The notes below the pieces were generated by a model that had not been told where the DNA came from, ran no database searches, and saw only the letters and a list, made by a program, of their open reading frames with translations. DNA of 64,000 nucleotides from Podarcis cretensis (taxonomy: Eukaryota). Positions 61,801 to 64,000 of this stretch are shown in pieces. How positions within the stretch are numbered: the stretch's first letter is position 1; each line of letters begins with the position of its first letter. The stretch covers positions 20,708,001-20,772,000 of the forward strand of contig OX638153.1 of assembly GCA_951804945.1 (NCBI GenBank), read 5' to 3'. Both the position numbers and the translations under genes were made by a program.

Positions 61801-64000
61801 AGAAACTGGGTATCCTATTGAAGCCAATGGGAGATGAAAACTAAATAATATATTTTAAAAATTATGAATGAAATAACTAAATAAATGAGGTTTTAAAAGT
61901 AAGACTGAATGGATTAACCAAACTAAACATTCCTCTTCAGCCCTATAATTAGCTTAACAATGTTTCTCCCCCATTTTTGAACAGCATATAAAAATATACT
62001 TGGAATGCCTCCTCCTGAGTCTTGTAGATTGAATATACATTACAGATGCATTCCATATGTTTGTGCTTCAGGCTTGCTTCAGGTTTTCTTCAGACTGGAT
62101 TGCGTTTATCAGCATGTGGAGTTCAGGCATCAACTTATTTACTGTTTTGTCCTGTGGAAACTTCCTAATGCAGATTTTCAGGAAGAGAGGAAATAATCAA
62201 AATACTTGGGATCTTGAGCTTACCCTTCCATAAGAAGTGCCATTCAATCTCTGTTTACAGACACAGGAAATCAGCACCCTCCCTTCTTCGTTCAATTTGA
62301 AGGGTGGTAATTGTAGGTAATAATTGTTACTGCCTTCTAAGGGGGAAGATAGCTAGCAAGCTTGCTCTCTCTGCTGTGCAGGTATCATCTCACCTAAGCC
62401 AAGTGCCCCATGCAAATGCCCAGTCATGTGCAGCCCCAGTTTGTTTGGTTCTTGCCCCAGGAGGGAAGGAGGCAAGCTTGTGCCTTCACCATATCAGGTT
62501 GGTACATAACCTGGTGTGCATATGATTTGGGGCATAGCATCTCCCCTCCTTCCTCTCAATTTGGATGTCAATTTAAAATCTGCAGCAAGGAATTTGATTC
62601 AAGCAGCTCACTCCCTGGAGGGTGGCACTCCACATTCTTGAAGTATTAAGCATAATCTGGAATGATTAGCTAGCACAGGGGGAAGTTCAGGATGAACTAA
62701 CGCAAAGGCAAAATGGCCTTTTGCCCTGAGGAAAATATGAGAGTATGAAGGAACAATTAACCTTTGGGCTGATGCCATTTCTCCATTTTGACAGTCAAGT
62801 GAATGAATGAAGAAGCATGAACATGGCCTGGTAGCAGCCTGTCCCACATCAAAAATAGGATTTAACCCCCCCCCCATGGCTTCAAAAAGGAGGCGCTATC
62901 CGCTTGTTCTCAGGCAAAATGATCACGTGTGATTTTTTTAAGGAGGGAAAGTTGCTGTGAATCTCACAGTACACATACTTTCCATCTGGATTGCAGTTGA
63001 GGATAGAGATACATACAAATGAAATGAGATGCTGTATCTTTTTAAATTTGTGTTTTCTTGTCTGGTTGTAGAACAAAACATCTTGGGGCACTAATTGAGC
63101 TCAGTGCATCAGATGTATGCATTGTTACCCTTGGGGTGTATGTGTGTATATGAAAAGAGAGAGATGGGATCTGTAAACAATGTGCCCCAAAGGCCATTAT
63201 AAATAGAGGTATATAACCCATCTGTTCAAAGGTCAAATGTACATAATAGCATTTACCGTTAACTTTGCATTGAAATGTGACATGCCTTCTATACTGTGTG
63301 AAATTCATGGCTTTTGGGATCTGCTGTTTGCAGTGTTATCTTCTGCACTCATCTCTGTGTGTGCATGTGTGTGACCTATCTACCAGGGAGATCATTCAAT
63401 GTGTCTTAGTCCGTGAAAGCTTATGCCACAATAAATCTGTTAGTGTTTTAGTTGTTGAATGTTGGCTACTGTCAGGTTGCCAATCAGGAAAGTCCCTTTC
63501 AGTTGGCCCCACCTGCTTGGTTGCAGTGTTCGCATACATGAGAAAGAGCACACCACAAAGCAATTCCACCATGGTTTGATGGGTGTGAGAGGAGGAAAGC
63601 AATACAGGGCCATAGAAATCCATGCTTACAGCCCAGTCCTATGCAAGTCTGCTTGGAAGTAAGCCCTGCGGAATGCAAGGGATTTATTGACATACAAGTG
63701 TGGATAGGATTATGGCTTTAAAATTGGAAGCCCTATGTAGATGCTTCTTCACATATTTAAATGTGGTTTCCCCAACCACATGAGCAAGAAAATTATTGTT
63801 TCGCCTGCAAACAAGTATTCGTACCAATCCAGTTGTCATCAGATCCCACAATGTGTGAAATTGTGTCCAGAGTTGCAGAGCATTAGCATCTCTGAATATA
63901 CTGTTGCTTCTCTATGATATTAACTGTTGATAACATGCATGAGGCCACCATTAGTGCTGCTTCAGTATGTTTGTTGCTGGTGGCATTTTTGATGATGATT

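Overview
This is eukaryotic (vertebrate) genomic DNA. The repeat content (Sauria SINEs, RTE-BovB, tRNA/CR1-tailed SINEs) points to a squamate, most likely a lacertid lizard. The window holds the promoter CpG island and first six coding exons of the RET receptor tyrosine kinase gene on the + strand: 6614-6683, 51045-51296, 52555-52845, 54461-54702, 56445-56646 and 58634-58833. Spliced, these give 1257 nt (419 codons) covering the signal peptide, cadherin-like domains 1-3 and the start of CLD4. All junctions are GT-AG and phase-compatible; exon 7 onward lies beyond the window. Intron 1 is 44.4 kb and is filled with Tc1/mariner-pogo and hAT MITEs, CR1, BovB, L2, several SINE families and microsatellites. 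It also has non-repetitive blocks with dense developmental transcription-factor motifs (candidate enhancers). I see no evidence of a wholly new multi-gene system. The most interesting sequence-level signals are: (i) a tandem acceptor at exon 3 whose distal AG would create an in-frame TGA across the junction; (ii) a complete antisense 3'-terminal-exon signature in intron 6; (iii) a possible GC-AG intron and uORFs in the 5' leader; (iv) two SINE families with different tRNA heads on one CR1 tail; and (v) several composite enhancer candidates. Comparisons with human and chicken RET and all repeat family names are from recall, not database searches.
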